From assembly GCA_034189125.1 (NCBI GenBank), contig JAXHVB010000018.1:775-64774 (forward strand): a DNA stretch of 64,000 nt. Direction: 5' to 3'. The notes below the pieces were generated by a model. The model ran no database searches and was not told where the DNA came from. It was given only the letters and a program-made list of their open reading frames with translations. A program made the position numbers and the translations under genes. This stretch comes from Pseudomonadota bacterium (GTDB lineage: Bacteria > Pseudomonadota > Gammaproteobacteria > Pseudomonadales > UBA5862). This document shows, one piece after another, positions 52,723-61,455 of this stretch (its first letter is position 1; the number at the start of each line of letters is the position of its first letter).

Positions 52723-53526
52723 TCAGTCGAACCAGCGGACCCGAGCTGGCAACTGGGTTTGCGCCAAAGCACCAGCCTTCAGGGCCTGCGCCAGCCGGCG
52801 TTCGGCCCGCCATGTGCGGTCCCTGACTTGGTACAGCGTGCCTTTTTCGGTTTGCGCCTGCCCCAAGGGCTGGGAGGCACCCAGCCGCTCCAGGACTTCG
52901 GTATAGGCCGTGGCGCTGTCGCGCACGGCGCGCCAGAAGAGTTCCAGTTCAGTGTCGTTCGGGCGCACTTCAGGGCAGACATGGGCGATGAGGTCGCCGG
53001 TGTCGATTCCTGCATTGATGAAGTGCAGCGTGCAGCCCACCTGCTCCGGCTCGCCATTGTGCAAGGCCCAGAACGTGCAATCCGCACCGCGGTAGTGGGG
53101 CGAGAGACCGCCGTGGAGGTTCACGATCCCCAGCCGGCCGAGGGTGAGCAAGTCGCCTTTGATGAGGGATGTGCCGAACACTGCGATCAGGTCCGGGTCC
53201 AGGGCGCGAATGCGTTCAACCAGGTCCGGGTGGTTGATGTGCGGAACACCCACCCGCAAATCGGGCCGGTTAAGTGCCGGAGAGGTATTGGGGAAGAAGA
53301 ACTCGGCTTCGGCGTTGCCGGTGTAGCGCCGCCGATCGCGCAGCCAGCGCCACGCCTTGCGGCCGAGGCTCGCGGGCTTGAGTTTCTTGCGCAGGGCAGG
53401 CCAGTCCAGGGCCGTGCCGGTCTCCTGCACAATGGCCTGGACATCGGCGTGTTCGCACAGCCGATTCGCCACGTACAGGTGGCGCGGCGCCTGACCGCAG
53501 AGAATCACCAAACGCAGTTCAGCCAT
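52723..53526 (-). CDS. formyltransferase-family protein (Fmt/PurN-like N-terminal fold only)
   Basis: IVNLHGGLSPHYRGAD carries the Asn-x-His catalytic pair, with the SLLPxxRG-type loop diverged to LSPHYRG, and GIDTGDLI carries the catalytic Asp. At 267 aa there is no C-terminal tRNA-binding domain. Confidence 0.75.
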   Translation of the reverse strand: MAELRLVILCGQAPRHLYVANRLCEHADVQAIVQETGTALDWPALRKKLKPASLGRKAWRWLRDRRRYTGNAEAEFFFPNTSPALNRPDLRVGVPHINHPDLVERIRALDPDLIAVFGTSLIKGDLLTLGRLGIVNLHGGLSPHYRGADCTFWALHNGEPEQVGCTLHFINAGIDTGDLIAHVCPEVRPNDTELELFWRAVRDSATAYTEVLERLGASQPLGQAQTEKGTLYQVRDRTWRAERRLAQALKAGALAQTQLPARVRWFD

Positions 53527-54709
53527 GCTTGCCCTCGGTGCCCTGCAGGCGGTTGTCGAGCATCAGCGCGTCGGCAAAGAACTTGGCCGCCCAGTTGGGA
53601 AATTCGAACCGCGAATAGTCTCCCCAGAAGGGTGCGGAACCGGCAATGGCGCCGTCGTCAAAGCGCCCGTCGCCGGTGCGACGTTGGTGGCGCTTGAGGT
53701 AGTCGAGCCCGCGGTCGACGGCGTCCTGGAAGGTCTGGTTGGCACGCCGCTCGATCAACCTGGACCAAATGATGCACATCTGAGCCAGCCCGGTCAGGCA
53801 CACGTAGTTGGCGCGCGGGCGCCATTGGTCATCCAGGGTGCCCGCGAGTGCACCGTTCTGAGGAAGGGCAGCGGCGACCGCGACCGCACTGCGCTCTGCG
53901 GCCGAGATCAGGTGGGTATCCTCCAGCAGCAGGCCCGATTCCAGCACTCCACGAATCGCATAGGCGATGGTGTGGGTAAAGGGAACGGCGCCGACTGTGA
54001 AGGCGTTGTTCGCGAACCAGCCTGCCGGGTTTTGCTGACTGAGTGCCCAGGCGAGGTTGCGCTTGGCGCCTTCAATCAGGGCGGGCTCTCCGGCCAGTAG
54101 TCCAGTTTGCAGCAGTGCCCAGGCGGCTCTGGTGTTGTAGGTGTGCGCAATTCCGTTGTGCACCGAGCGGCGCCAGCAGCCGTCTTCATCCTGCTGCGCG
54201 AGCATCCAGCGCCCGGCGCGCACCGCGGCGTCCAGGCAGCCCTGGTGCTGGAGTTGCCGATGGCCATGGTTCAGGCCATGCATGATCTGTCCGGTGTTGA
54301 AAATCACCGGTCGGCTGCCCGGCTCGCCGAAGTGGCCGGGGAATGCGCCGTCTGCATGCTGCAGGCTCAGCTCCCAGTCGAGGATTCTGCGCGCCCGCTC
54401 AACCAGATTCGGTCGATCGAGTACCTCGGCTGCCTGCAAGAAGGTTTCGACAATGTAGCCACTGGTTTCCGGATAGCTTGGCAGCCAACCGTCTTCGAAA
54501 CTCCATCCGGCGGATACACCGCCCTCATCGGCGCAGCCCTGACGCACGTCTTGAGCGCGACACAACCAATCGATTGCTGCGATCAAGTGGGGCAGGTGTT
54601 GTGGATCTGCCTTGTTGTCGATTTTCAGGGCGCTTTGCGCAATGAGGCCCAAATGCACCGGAGACCAAAGGCGGTAACGCAGCGGAGCCTGTACGATTTT
54701 CTTCAGCAT
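53519..54709 (-). CDS. prenyltransferase/squalene-oxidase-repeat-like (alpha/alpha)6-toroid protein
   Basis: Repeated QW-type motifs LQHADGAFPG, AQQDEDGCWRR and SQQNPAGWFAN are spaced ~50 aa apart. Helix-rich; no signal peptide. Confidence 0.6.
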   Translation of the reverse strand: MLKKIVQAPLRYRLWSPVHLGLIAQSALKIDNKADPQHLPHLIAAIDWLCRAQDVRQGCADEGGVSAGWSFEDGWLPSYPETSGYIVETFLQAAEVLDRPNLVERARRILDWELSLQHADGAFPGHFGEPGSRPVIFNTGQIMHGLNHGHRQLQHQGCLDAAVRAGRWMLAQQDEDGCWRRSVHNGIAHTYNTRAAWALLQTGLLAGEPALIEGAKRNLAWALSQQNPAGWFANNAFTVGAVPFTHTIAYAIRGVLESGLLLEDTHLISAAERSAVAVAAALPQNGALAGTLDDQWRPRANYVCLTGLAQMCIIWSRLIERRANQTFQDAVDRGLDYLKRHQRRTGDGRFDDGAIAGSAPFWGDYSRFEFPNWAAKFFADALMLDNRLQGTEGKHG

Positions 54710-54742
54710 AAGGGGCGCGGCTTGTGGCTAAGGAAGTTCAAT

Positions 54743-56137
54743 TCAAGAGGCGCTTGTGGTGGATTCAGCGGTGGGAATGGCCACTTGGCTGACCACGTAG
54801 CGGTACTTCCCGGAAGCTTCGGCCTTGATCTGGTCAAGGTAGCAGATTTCCACATCCACTCGTTCGTCCAGGCGCCTGTGGATCTCTGATCGCAGGCGTT
54901 GCTCTTGCTCTTGGCGTGCCCGGTTCCAGGTTTCGTTGACCACCAGCTCAACGGTCAGGCGATCGATGTCGTGCTGCAGGATACGGAACTCAGCAACTCC
55001 GTCCAGTGCCCTGACCACGTAGATGAGTGCCAGAGCGTGCATGATGGTGCCGTCTCGACGCACAATGAAGTCGGTCTGGCGCCCAGCCACCTCTTCGATC
55101 ACGTGAAGGCCACGCCCGGCCGAGCAGGGCGCAGACCCCAGCCGCACCATGTCACCGGTGCGGTAGCGAACAAATGGTTGGGCATTGGAGCACAGTCCAG
55201 TCATGACAGCTTCTCCGAGTTCACCGTTCGCAACGGGATTTCCCTGCGGGTCCAGCACTTCGAGGACGATGCTTTCACTCATGAGTAGCATTTGCCCCTG
55301 TGGAGATTCATGGGCGGTGAAGCCGATGTCTCTACTGCCGAATTCATTGGCGACCGGAGCCTGAAAACACGACTGGATCAAGGAGCGCTGTTGGGGGTCC
55401 AAAGGCTCGCCTGTGGTGCAGACCACCTTGAGGTCAGGCAGATGCAGCTGGACGCCGCGGTTCTCTGCGTGCGCTGCGATCAGAGCCAAGCTGCTGGCGT
55501 ACCCATAGATGCAGTGGGGTCGGTAGCGCCCGATCGCGTCCAGGTACTCGTCCATGGCTGCGACGGACATCTCGAATGCATTGAGGACCAGCTGGTTGAG
55601 AGCGCGGTCTCGGAGTTGTTTCACGCGGTCGGTTTTGTTGAGTTCAACCGGTGCACCCCACAGGTATACCTCACGTTCTCCAGGCTGCACGCCCCACCAG
55701 CGCCGCGCCCGCATGCGACCCGCGGCATCGGATGCTTGGCGTTGGCGGCCAAAGTAAAAAATCAATGGCTGACCGGACGAGCCGCCAGTGTTGTACTTTT
55801 GGCTTCCCCCGGGCACCTTGGGCCAGTGAAGACCTTCACGGTTTTCGTTGGCTTCGGCCTTGGTCATGGTGGGCAGCAGCTTGAGTTGTTCGATGGAAAA
55901 GTCGTTGATCGCTCCAGGGTTGGACAACCCAGCCTGTTCGAGCCGGGCTCGATGCCATGGGCAGTGGTGCCAGGCGGTGTCGAGCAGGGCCTGCAATTTT
56001 CTGCTTTGCAGGTCCTCGATCTCCTGTCTTGCCCACCACTGACTGGATTCAAGCTCGCGCAAATAGCCGAAAGTCGGCCGCTTCATTGCCCATTCGTGGA
56101 GCGGGTAGAACAGGCTGCGCGCAACCAGGGCCTTCAT
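54743..56137 (-). CDS. CapK / phenylacetate-CoA-ligase / F390-synthetase-like adenylate-forming enzyme
   Basis: Start at ATG 56137 (Met77 of the track ORF). N-terminus LFYPLHEWAMKR, LESSQWW with the AMP-binding loop YNTGGSSGQPLIFYF and RYRTGDMV, typical of the PaaK/CapK clade. Confidence 0.75.
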   Translation of the reverse strand: MKALVARSLFYPLHEWAMKRPTFGYLRELESSQWWARQEIEDLQSRKLQALLDTAWHHCPWHRARLEQAGLSNPGAINDFSIEQLKLLPTMTKAEANENREGLHWPKVPGGSQKYNTGGSSGQPLIFYFGRQRQASDAAGRMRARRWWGVQPGEREVYLWGAPVELNKTDRVKQLRDRALNQLVLNAFEMSVAAMDEYLDAIGRYRPHCIYGYASSLALIAAHAENRGVQLHLPDLKVVCTTGEPLDPQQRSLIQSCFQAPVANEFGSRDIGFTAHESPQGQMLLMSESIVLEVLDPQGNPVANGELGEAVMTGLCSNAQPFVRYRTGDMVRLGSAPCSAGRGLHVIEEVAGRQTDFIVRRDGTIMHALALIYVVRALDGVAEFRILQHDIDRLTVELVVNETWNRARQEQEQRLRSEIHRRLDERVDVEICYLDQIKAEASGKYRYVVSQVAIPTAESTTSAS

Positions 56138-56344
56138 TCCTGGGTCGCCGTGACGAGGCCAACGCCGCCGCGCGACGGGTTGGATCCTCGTTGCCAAGGT
56201 GTGGACAGCGGGAGAACGAAAGAAGGCATGCGGTGAGTTCCAAGCGGCTACAAGTGACCGGTCATCGGCGGCCGGGTTGCGTGGCAGCGGGTTCGGTGTG
56301 TCTGGGTGTCCCCATAAAAATAGTAGAAGCTCGCGCCCCTCGGC

Positions 56345-56350
56345 TATAGT
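56345..56350 (+). promoter_or_regulatory. candidate -10 hexamer (TATAGT) inside the AT-rich divergent promoter region 56138-56382
   Basis: TATAGT at 56345-56350 lies 33 nt upstream of the ATG at 56383. No convincing -35 at 17-bp spacing. A perfect TATAAT also reads on the minus strand at 56365-56370. Confidence 0.25.
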
Positions 56351-56382
56351 TGCATGGCTTTTCAATTATATCTGCAGAGTGT

Positions 56383-58215
56383 ATGCGAGAGATGTCCCCT
56401 AGGGTGCCGAGTGGGTTGTTTGTCCGGTGTTTGTCCGCCGATGCGCAGGTGCAAGCGGCGCCAGTTGCTGGCTTTGGCAGCGGTTGGGAACACCAGCAGG
56501 TGGGGCCCTTGGCCCTGTGGTCGAAGGCTGGGCTTGGTGACCGCGTCGAGTACCATCAGGATCCAGAAACCGGAATGCTGGCGCTGGTCTTTGGCCGTTG
56601 GGAAGTTCCTGGGCGGTCAGCCTCCCTGCAGCGTTGGTTCGCGGCCCATCAACAGGAGCCGAAAGCCGCTTTCAGGGCGCTCAGCGGCCGGTTCATTGCG
56701 CTCTTACATGATCCGCGCAGTGCCAGGGTGTGGGTGGCAACGGACCGCTTTGCAACCGTACCGCTGAGCCATCGCACCACGCCCGAGGGGTTGGAGCTCG
56801 CGACCGACCCTGGGCTGTTCCCGAGTTCGGGTTCGGTGCCCTTGGCTCTTTGTCCGCAGGCATTGTACGAGTACCTGTACTTTCACATGGTGCCGGCCCC
56901 AAGGTCGATCTACGCTGGGGTGTCCAAGCTCGGCCCTGCCCAGCAACTCCGTTGGGAGCAAGGGGCGCAGGAGGCCCAGGTGGAGGGTTATTGGATGCCG
57001 CGCTTTGAGGATCAGCCCCATGGGCGTGACCGATCCAATATGGAAGCGGCGCTCAGGTCGCACCTGGCGGAAGCTGTGCGCGCCAGCGCCTCCACTTGCA
57101 GCGCCGCTTTTTTGAGTGGTGGGCTTGACAGTTCCACCACCACTGGGCTGCTCGCCCAGGCGCGTGATGGCGACGTGGATGCCTTCTCGGTTGGCTTCGA
57201 GGCCGAAGGCTACGACGAGATGCCCTACGCGCGCATCGCTGCGCAGCACTTTGGCGTGCGCCACCACGAACTCTATCTTTCACCTGCCGACGTCGTCCGC
57301 CTGGTTCCTGAGGTGGCGGCATGCTACGGCGAGCCGTTTGGCAACTCTTCCGCGGTGCCTACGTTGTTCTGCGCGCAACAGGCCGCAGCGGCGGGCCACG
57401 GCGAGTTGATGGCTGGAGACGGAGGCGACGAGTTGTTCGCCGGCAATGAACGCTATGCCACTCAGGCCCTGTTCGAGCACTACGCTCGCTTGCCTCGCGG
57501 TGTCCGTGCCCTGGTCGACACCACGGACCGGTGCCTGAGTCCGGTTGCGAGCCATTGGCCGGTAAGCAAGCTGCGCCGGTATGTCGAACAGGCCCGGGTT
57601 CCTTTGCCGGACCGGCTGCAGGGCTACAACAATTTTCATATGCAGAGTGCTGCAGCCATTCTGCATCCGGACCTGCTCGGTCAGGTCGACCTGGATGCCC
57701 CGCTGAAATTGCTGCGGTCGGTGTATGCAGGTGCGGCTGCACAGACCAGCCTGCAGCGCATGCTGTGGCTGGATTGGAAGCAAACCCTGGCCGACAACGA
57801 CCTGCGCAAAGTCACCCAAATGACCCAGGCTGCCGGCGTGCGTGTCTGCTATCCGATGTTGGCTGAACCGGTGGTGGAGTTGGCCACCGAGATCCCGCCG
57901 CAATGGCTGTTGCCAAAGCGGCGGTTGCGGGACTTCTACAAGCGCGTCTACGCTGATTTTTTACCCCCAGCGATCCTGACCAAACCCAAGCACGGGTTCG
58001 GTTTGCCCTTTGGGGTTTGGCTCCAGACCGACCCGGGCCTTGGTGTCCTCGCCGGGGATGCTCTGGAGGGGCTGAAGGCCCGCAACATCGTGCACCCCGA
58101 CCACCTTGACCGTTTGCTGAAGCAACACGCCGCGGACCATGCAGCGTATTACGGGGAGCAGATTTGGGTGCTGATGATGTTGGAGCTGTGGCTGCAGGCC
58201 CATGGACACAGATAA
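56383..58215 (+). CDS. asparagine-synthase-family ATP-dependent amide ligase lacking the N-terminal Cys nucleophile
   Basis: Possible starts are TTG 56350, ATG 56383 and ATG 56392; none yields Met-Cys. A remnant glutaminase-like domain (FIALLHDPRSARVWVATDRFATVPL), an intact PP-loop AFLSGGLDSS and C-terminal KPKHGFGLP are present. Confidence 0.8.
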   Translation: MREMSPRVPSGLFVRCLSADAQVQAAPVAGFGSGWEHQQVGPLALWSKAGLGDRVEYHQDPETGMLALVFGRWEVPGRSASLQRWFAAHQQEPKAAFRALSGRFIALLHDPRSARVWVATDRFATVPLSHRTTPEGLELATDPGLFPSSGSVPLALCPQALYEYLYFHMVPAPRSIYAGVSKLGPAQQLRWEQGAQEAQVEGYWMPRFEDQPHGRDRSNMEAALRSHLAEAVRASASTCSAAFLSGGLDSSTTTGLLAQARDGDVDAFSVGFEAEGYDEMPYARIAAQHFGVRHHELYLSPADVVRLVPEVAACYGEPFGNSSAVPTLFCAQQAAAAGHGELMAGDGGDELFAGNERYATQALFEHYARLPRGVRALVDTTDRCLSPVASHWPVSKLRRYVEQARVPLPDRLQGYNNFHMQSAAAILHPDLLGQVDLDAPLKLLRSVYAGAAAQTSLQRMLWLDWKQTLADNDLRKVTQMTQAAGVRVCYPMLAEPVVELATEIPPQWLLPKRRLRDFYKRVYADFLPPAILTKPKHGFGLPFGVWLQTDPGLGVLAGDALEGLKARNIVHPDHLDRLLKQHAADHAAYYGEQIWVLMMLELWLQAHGHR

Positions 58216-58228
58216 GCAGGAGGCATCA

Positions 58229-59023
58229 ATGATCCAGTTGGCAGGTCCGAAGCGTCGCATCTCCATGTGGCTGGGCGCGCTCACAATTTGGATCGTCGCT
58301 TTGCTTCCGGTGTTCGCTGGCGCGTCGGAACTGGCCGACACAGTCGCCCGCGTCAAGGGGTCGGTGGTTGGCATCGGCACCCACCAGCCGACTGGGCGGC
58401 CACCGTCCCGATTGCTGGGAACCGGCTTTGTGGTTGGCAATGGCTTGCAGGTCATCACCAACGCGCATGTGCTGCCTGCCTCGCTGGACACTGAGCGGTT
58501 TGAAACGCTGGTTGTGTTCATTGGGTCCGGGGAGTCGCCGACGGCTCGCCCCGTGGAGATCAGGACGGTGGACCGCGACCACGATGTCGCGCTGCTTGGT
58601 ATCAAGGGGCAGGCGTTGCCGGCGCTGCAGCTCGGCGACTCGGAGCGGGTCAGAGAGGGTGAGCTTTATGCCTTTACCGGCTTTCCGATCGGTGCCGTGC
58701 TGGGGCTGTACCCGGCCACGCACCAGGGCCTGATCGCGAGCATTACGCCGGTGGCCATCCCTCAAGTTTCCCTGCGTGGGCTCGACGTGAACATGCTGCG
58801 CCGACTCCAGGACCCATACGAAGTGTTCCAGCTCGATGCCACTGCCTACCCGGGCAGTTCGGGCAGCCCTCTGTACCATCCAAAGACCGGTCGGGTGGTG
58901 GGCGTGATCAACAAGGTGTTCGTGCAGGGGACCAAGGAGTCCGCACTCGAGCGGCCAAGTGGCATCACCTACGCGATCCCCGTGCGACACGTGCGCCAGC
59001 TGCTTGAGGTGGACAGCCCCTAG
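58229..59023 (+). CDS. secreted trypsin-like (S1/DegP-core) serine protease without PDZ domain
   Basis: AGGAGG at 58218-58223 lies 5 nt before the ATG at 58229. Signal/TM WLGALTIWIVALLPVFAGA. Triad contexts VITNAHV (His), DHDVALLGI (Asp) and GSSGSPLY (Ser). Confidence 0.8.
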   Translation: MIQLAGPKRRISMWLGALTIWIVALLPVFAGASELADTVARVKGSVVGIGTHQPTGRPPSRLLGTGFVVGNGLQVITNAHVLPASLDTERFETLVVFIGSGESPTARPVEIRTVDRDHDVALLGIKGQALPALQLGDSERVREGELYAFTGFPIGAVLGLYPATHQGLIASITPVAIPQVSLRGLDVNMLRRLQDPYEVFQLDATAYPGSSGSPLYHPKTGRVVGVINKVFVQGTKESALERPSGITYAIPVRHVRQLLEVDSP

Positions 59024-59118
59024 TCAACCGGCTCGGAATTGAATGGCTGTCGCATGGTGAGCTCGCGGCAGGGGGCAGACCGGGTCCGGAGTGCGCGCTT
59101 GTCAGATCAGGTAGCTTG

Positions 59119-60126
59119 TCAGACCTGGTAATAGTCCCGGTACCAGTCCACGAAGCGCGCGATCCCGGTTTCGATGGGGGTGGCCGGGCGGTAGCCGGTG
59201 TCGTTCATCAGGTCGTCCACATTCGCATAGGTGTCGGGCACGTCGCCGGGTTGCATCGGCAGCAGTTCTTTGCTGGCGCGTCGACCGAGGCAGTCTTCCA
59301 ACACTTCGATGTAGCGCAGCAGCTCGACCGGCCGGTTGCTGCCGATGTTATACAGCCGATAGGGCGCCAGGCTTGTTCCGGGGTCGGGGCTGTCTCCGGA
59401 CCATGCGGTATTGGGTGTGGCGACCTGGTCGAGGGTGCGAACCACGCCTTCGACGATGTCATCGACATAGGTGAAGTCGCGGCGGTGGTGGCCATGGTTG
59501 AACACCTGAATGGGCTCGCCGGCAAGAATCTTTTTGGTGAAGATGAACAGCGCCATGTCGGGCCGTCCCCAGGGCCCGTACACGGTGAAGAAGCGCAGTC
59601 CAGTGGTGGGGAGCTGGTACAGGTGGCTGTAGGTGTGGGCCATCAGCTCATTGGCTTTCTTGGTCGCCGCGTACAGGCTGACCGGGTGGTCGACGTTGTC
59701 GTGGATGGAGAACGGCATGTCTGTGTTCGCGCCGTACACCGAGCTGCTTGAAGCGTACACAAGGTGTTCCACGTCCGAGTGTCGGGCACCTTCGAGGACG
59801 TTGAGAAATCCCACCAGGTTTGCATCAGCGTAGGTGTGCGGATGCGTGATCGAGTAGCGGACCCCAGCCTGGGCCGCGAGGTGAACGATGCGCTGCGGTT
59901 GGCAGCGCGCGATCGTTTCCTGCATCGCCTGACGGTCGGCGATGTCGATTTCCGTGAGCTCGAAGCCTGTGCGGCCGGACAAGCGCGCGACCCTGGCCCG
60001 TTTCAGGTCCGGGCTGTAGTAGTCGTTCAGGTTGTCGATGCCGAGCACCTGGTCGCCGCGGTCCAACAGGCGCTGGGTGAGCGCCGCTCCGATGAACCCG
60101 GCAGCCCCGGTTACGAGAATGCGCAT
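59119..60126 (-). CDS. NAD-dependent UDP-glucuronate 4-epimerase-like SDR (CapI/WbnF type)
   Basis: MRILVTGAAGFIGAAL, GIDNLNDYYSPDLKRARV, SSSSVYG and YAATKKANE (YxxxK). Confidence 0.85.
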   Translation of the reverse strand: MRILVTGAAGFIGAALTQRLLDRGDQVLGIDNLNDYYSPDLKRARVARLSGRTGFELTEIDIADRQAMQETIARCQPQRIVHLAAQAGVRYSITHPHTYADANLVGFLNVLEGARHSDVEHLVYASSSSVYGANTDMPFSIHDNVDHPVSLYAATKKANELMAHTYSHLYQLPTTGLRFFTVYGPWGRPDMALFIFTKKILAGEPIQVFNHGHHRRDFTYVDDIVEGVVRTLDQVATPNTAWSGDSPDPGTSLAPYRLYNIGSNRPVELLRYIEVLEDCLGRRASKELLPMQPGDVPDTYANVDDLMNDTGYRPATPIETGIARFVDWYRDYYQV

Positions 60127-60177
60127 GAAAGAAATGCTCCCTCAGTGGATGGCAGGTTGGCTCACAAGCCGGTGGGG

Positions 60178-61455
60178 TCAGAGCCGTGCATCCACCGCCT
60201 CCTTGGGCAAGAGTGACTTGACGTCGAACACCACGTGGCTGGGTTTGCCGAGCGCGTGAATGCCGTTGGCGCCGAGGTCCACGAACTGGCGGTGCGCCAC
60301 GGCGATGATGATGGCGTCGTAGGTTTGCTCCGGACGCTCGGTGTGGACGCGGATCCCGTATTCATGTTCGGCCTGGTCGGGATCGATCCATGGGTCGTAC
60401 ACATCGACCTGCACGTTGTATCCCTGTAGAGCTTCAATGATGTCGATCACGCGCGTGTTGCGAATGTCAGGGCAATTCTCCTTAAAGGCCAAACCCAGCA
60501 CCAGGACTTTGGAGTCGACCACCTGGATTCGCTTGCGGGTCATCAGCTTCACGACCCGCTCGGTCACATAGATGCCCATGTTGTCGTTGATGCGCCGACC
60601 CGCCAGGATGACCTCGGGGTGGTAGCCGAGTTCTTGGGCCTTGTGGGTCAGGTAGTACGGATCGACACTGATGCAATGACCGCCAACCAGGCCGGGCTTG
60701 AAGGGCAAAAAGTTCCATTTGGTGCCGGCCGCAGCCAGAACGTCCTCGGTGTCGATCTCCAACCGGGCAAAAATCGTAGCCAACTCGTTGATCAGGGCAA
60801 TGTTCAGATCGCGCTGGGTGTTCTCGATCACCTTGGCGGCTTCGGCGACTTTGATGCTCGCAGCCCGGTGGGTCCCCGCAGTGATGATGCGTGCGTACAG
60901 CCGATCGACAAAGTCAGCGGCCTCCGGTGTGGACCCTGAGGTGACTTTCATGATTCCTGGAAGCCGGTGCTGCTTATCGCCGGGATTGATGCGTTCGGGG
61001 CTATAGCCGACGAAAAAGTCCCGGTTGAAGGTGAGCCCGGAGCCTTGCTCCAGGAGAGGGACGCAGACCTCTTCGGTGGCTCCCGGGTACACAGTGGACT
61101 CGAACACCACCACATTGCCGGGTTTGAGTACCTGCGCGATGGTGGAGGCCGCAGCACGCAACGGTCCCAGGTCGGGCTGGCGGTGCCGGTCGATGGGCGT
61201 TGGGACTGTGACGACATACACTGAGCACAGTGACAAGTCTTGCTGGTCGGCTGAGAACCGCAGTCCGGAGTTCAACTGCAGTTCACTGCTGTCGACTTCC
61301 AGCGTTCGGTCTTCGCCGCGCCTCAGCTCCTCAACCCGCGAGCGGTCGATGTCGAAACCGAGGGTCGGGAACTGCTTGCCGAATTCAACAGCGAGTGGCA
61401 GGCCAACGTACCCGAGGCCGATCACGCCGATCGAACAGCCGTCCAGGTCGAGCAT
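60178..61455 (-). CDS. UDP-N-acetyl-hexosamine 6-dehydrogenase family (TviB/WbpO/CapL-like nucleotide-sugar dehydrogenase)
   Basis: Start at ATG 61455 (Met106 of the track ORF). Motifs [54 protein letters not shown] and [13 protein letters not shown]. Confidence 0.85.
   Translation of the reverse strand: MLDLDGCSIGVIGLGYVGLPLAVEFGKQFPTLGFDIDRSRVEELRRGEDRTLEVDSSELQLNSGLRFSADQQDLSLCSVYVVTVPTPIDRHRQPDLGPLRAAASTIAQVLKPGNVVVFESTVYPGATEEVCVPLLEQGSGLTFNRDFFVGYSPERINPGDKQHRLPGIMKVTSGSTPEAADFVDRLYARIITAGTHRAASIKVAEAAKVIENTQRDLNIALINELATIFARLEIDTEDVLAAAGTKWNFLPFKPGLVGGHCISVDPYYLTHKAQELGYHPEVILAGRRINDNMGIYVTERVVKLMTRKRIQVVDSKVLVLGLAFKENCPDIRNTRVIDIIEALQGYNVQVDVYDPWIDPDQAEHEYGIRVHTERPEQTYDAIIIAVAHRQFVDLGANGIHALGKPSHVVFDVKSLLPKEAVDARL

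Noticed and set aside
56199-56402. 67-aa ORF in the divergent region before the Cys-less AsnB-like gene, considered as a possible RiPP/lasso-type precursor peptide.
   Set aside because: Third-position GC is only ~50-55% by hand count versus a very high GC3 in real genes here. There is no RBS, the ORF runs into the AsnB-like start, and no B-protein/RRE (PqqD-like or transglutaminase-like protease) is adjacent.
56383-58215. Interpretation of the Cys-less AsnB paralogue as a lasso-peptide cyclase.
   Set aside because: It retains the full C-terminal AsnB/EPS-amidotransferase-type features (the DNDLRKV...R..YP block and KPKHGFGLP) shared with the canonical paralogue at 23225. The context is uronic-acid and polysaccharide genes with no precursor or leader-protease genes. 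It is kept only as a minor alternative.
59024-59123. Convergent gap between the protease and the epimerase, searched for a bidirectional terminator. It contains a 10-bp direct repeat GCTTGTCAGA at 59097-59106 and 59114-59123.
   Set aside because: No stable GC-rich hairpin with a U-tract was found. The repeat's second copy overlaps the epimerase stop codon, and the repeat is short enough to be chance.
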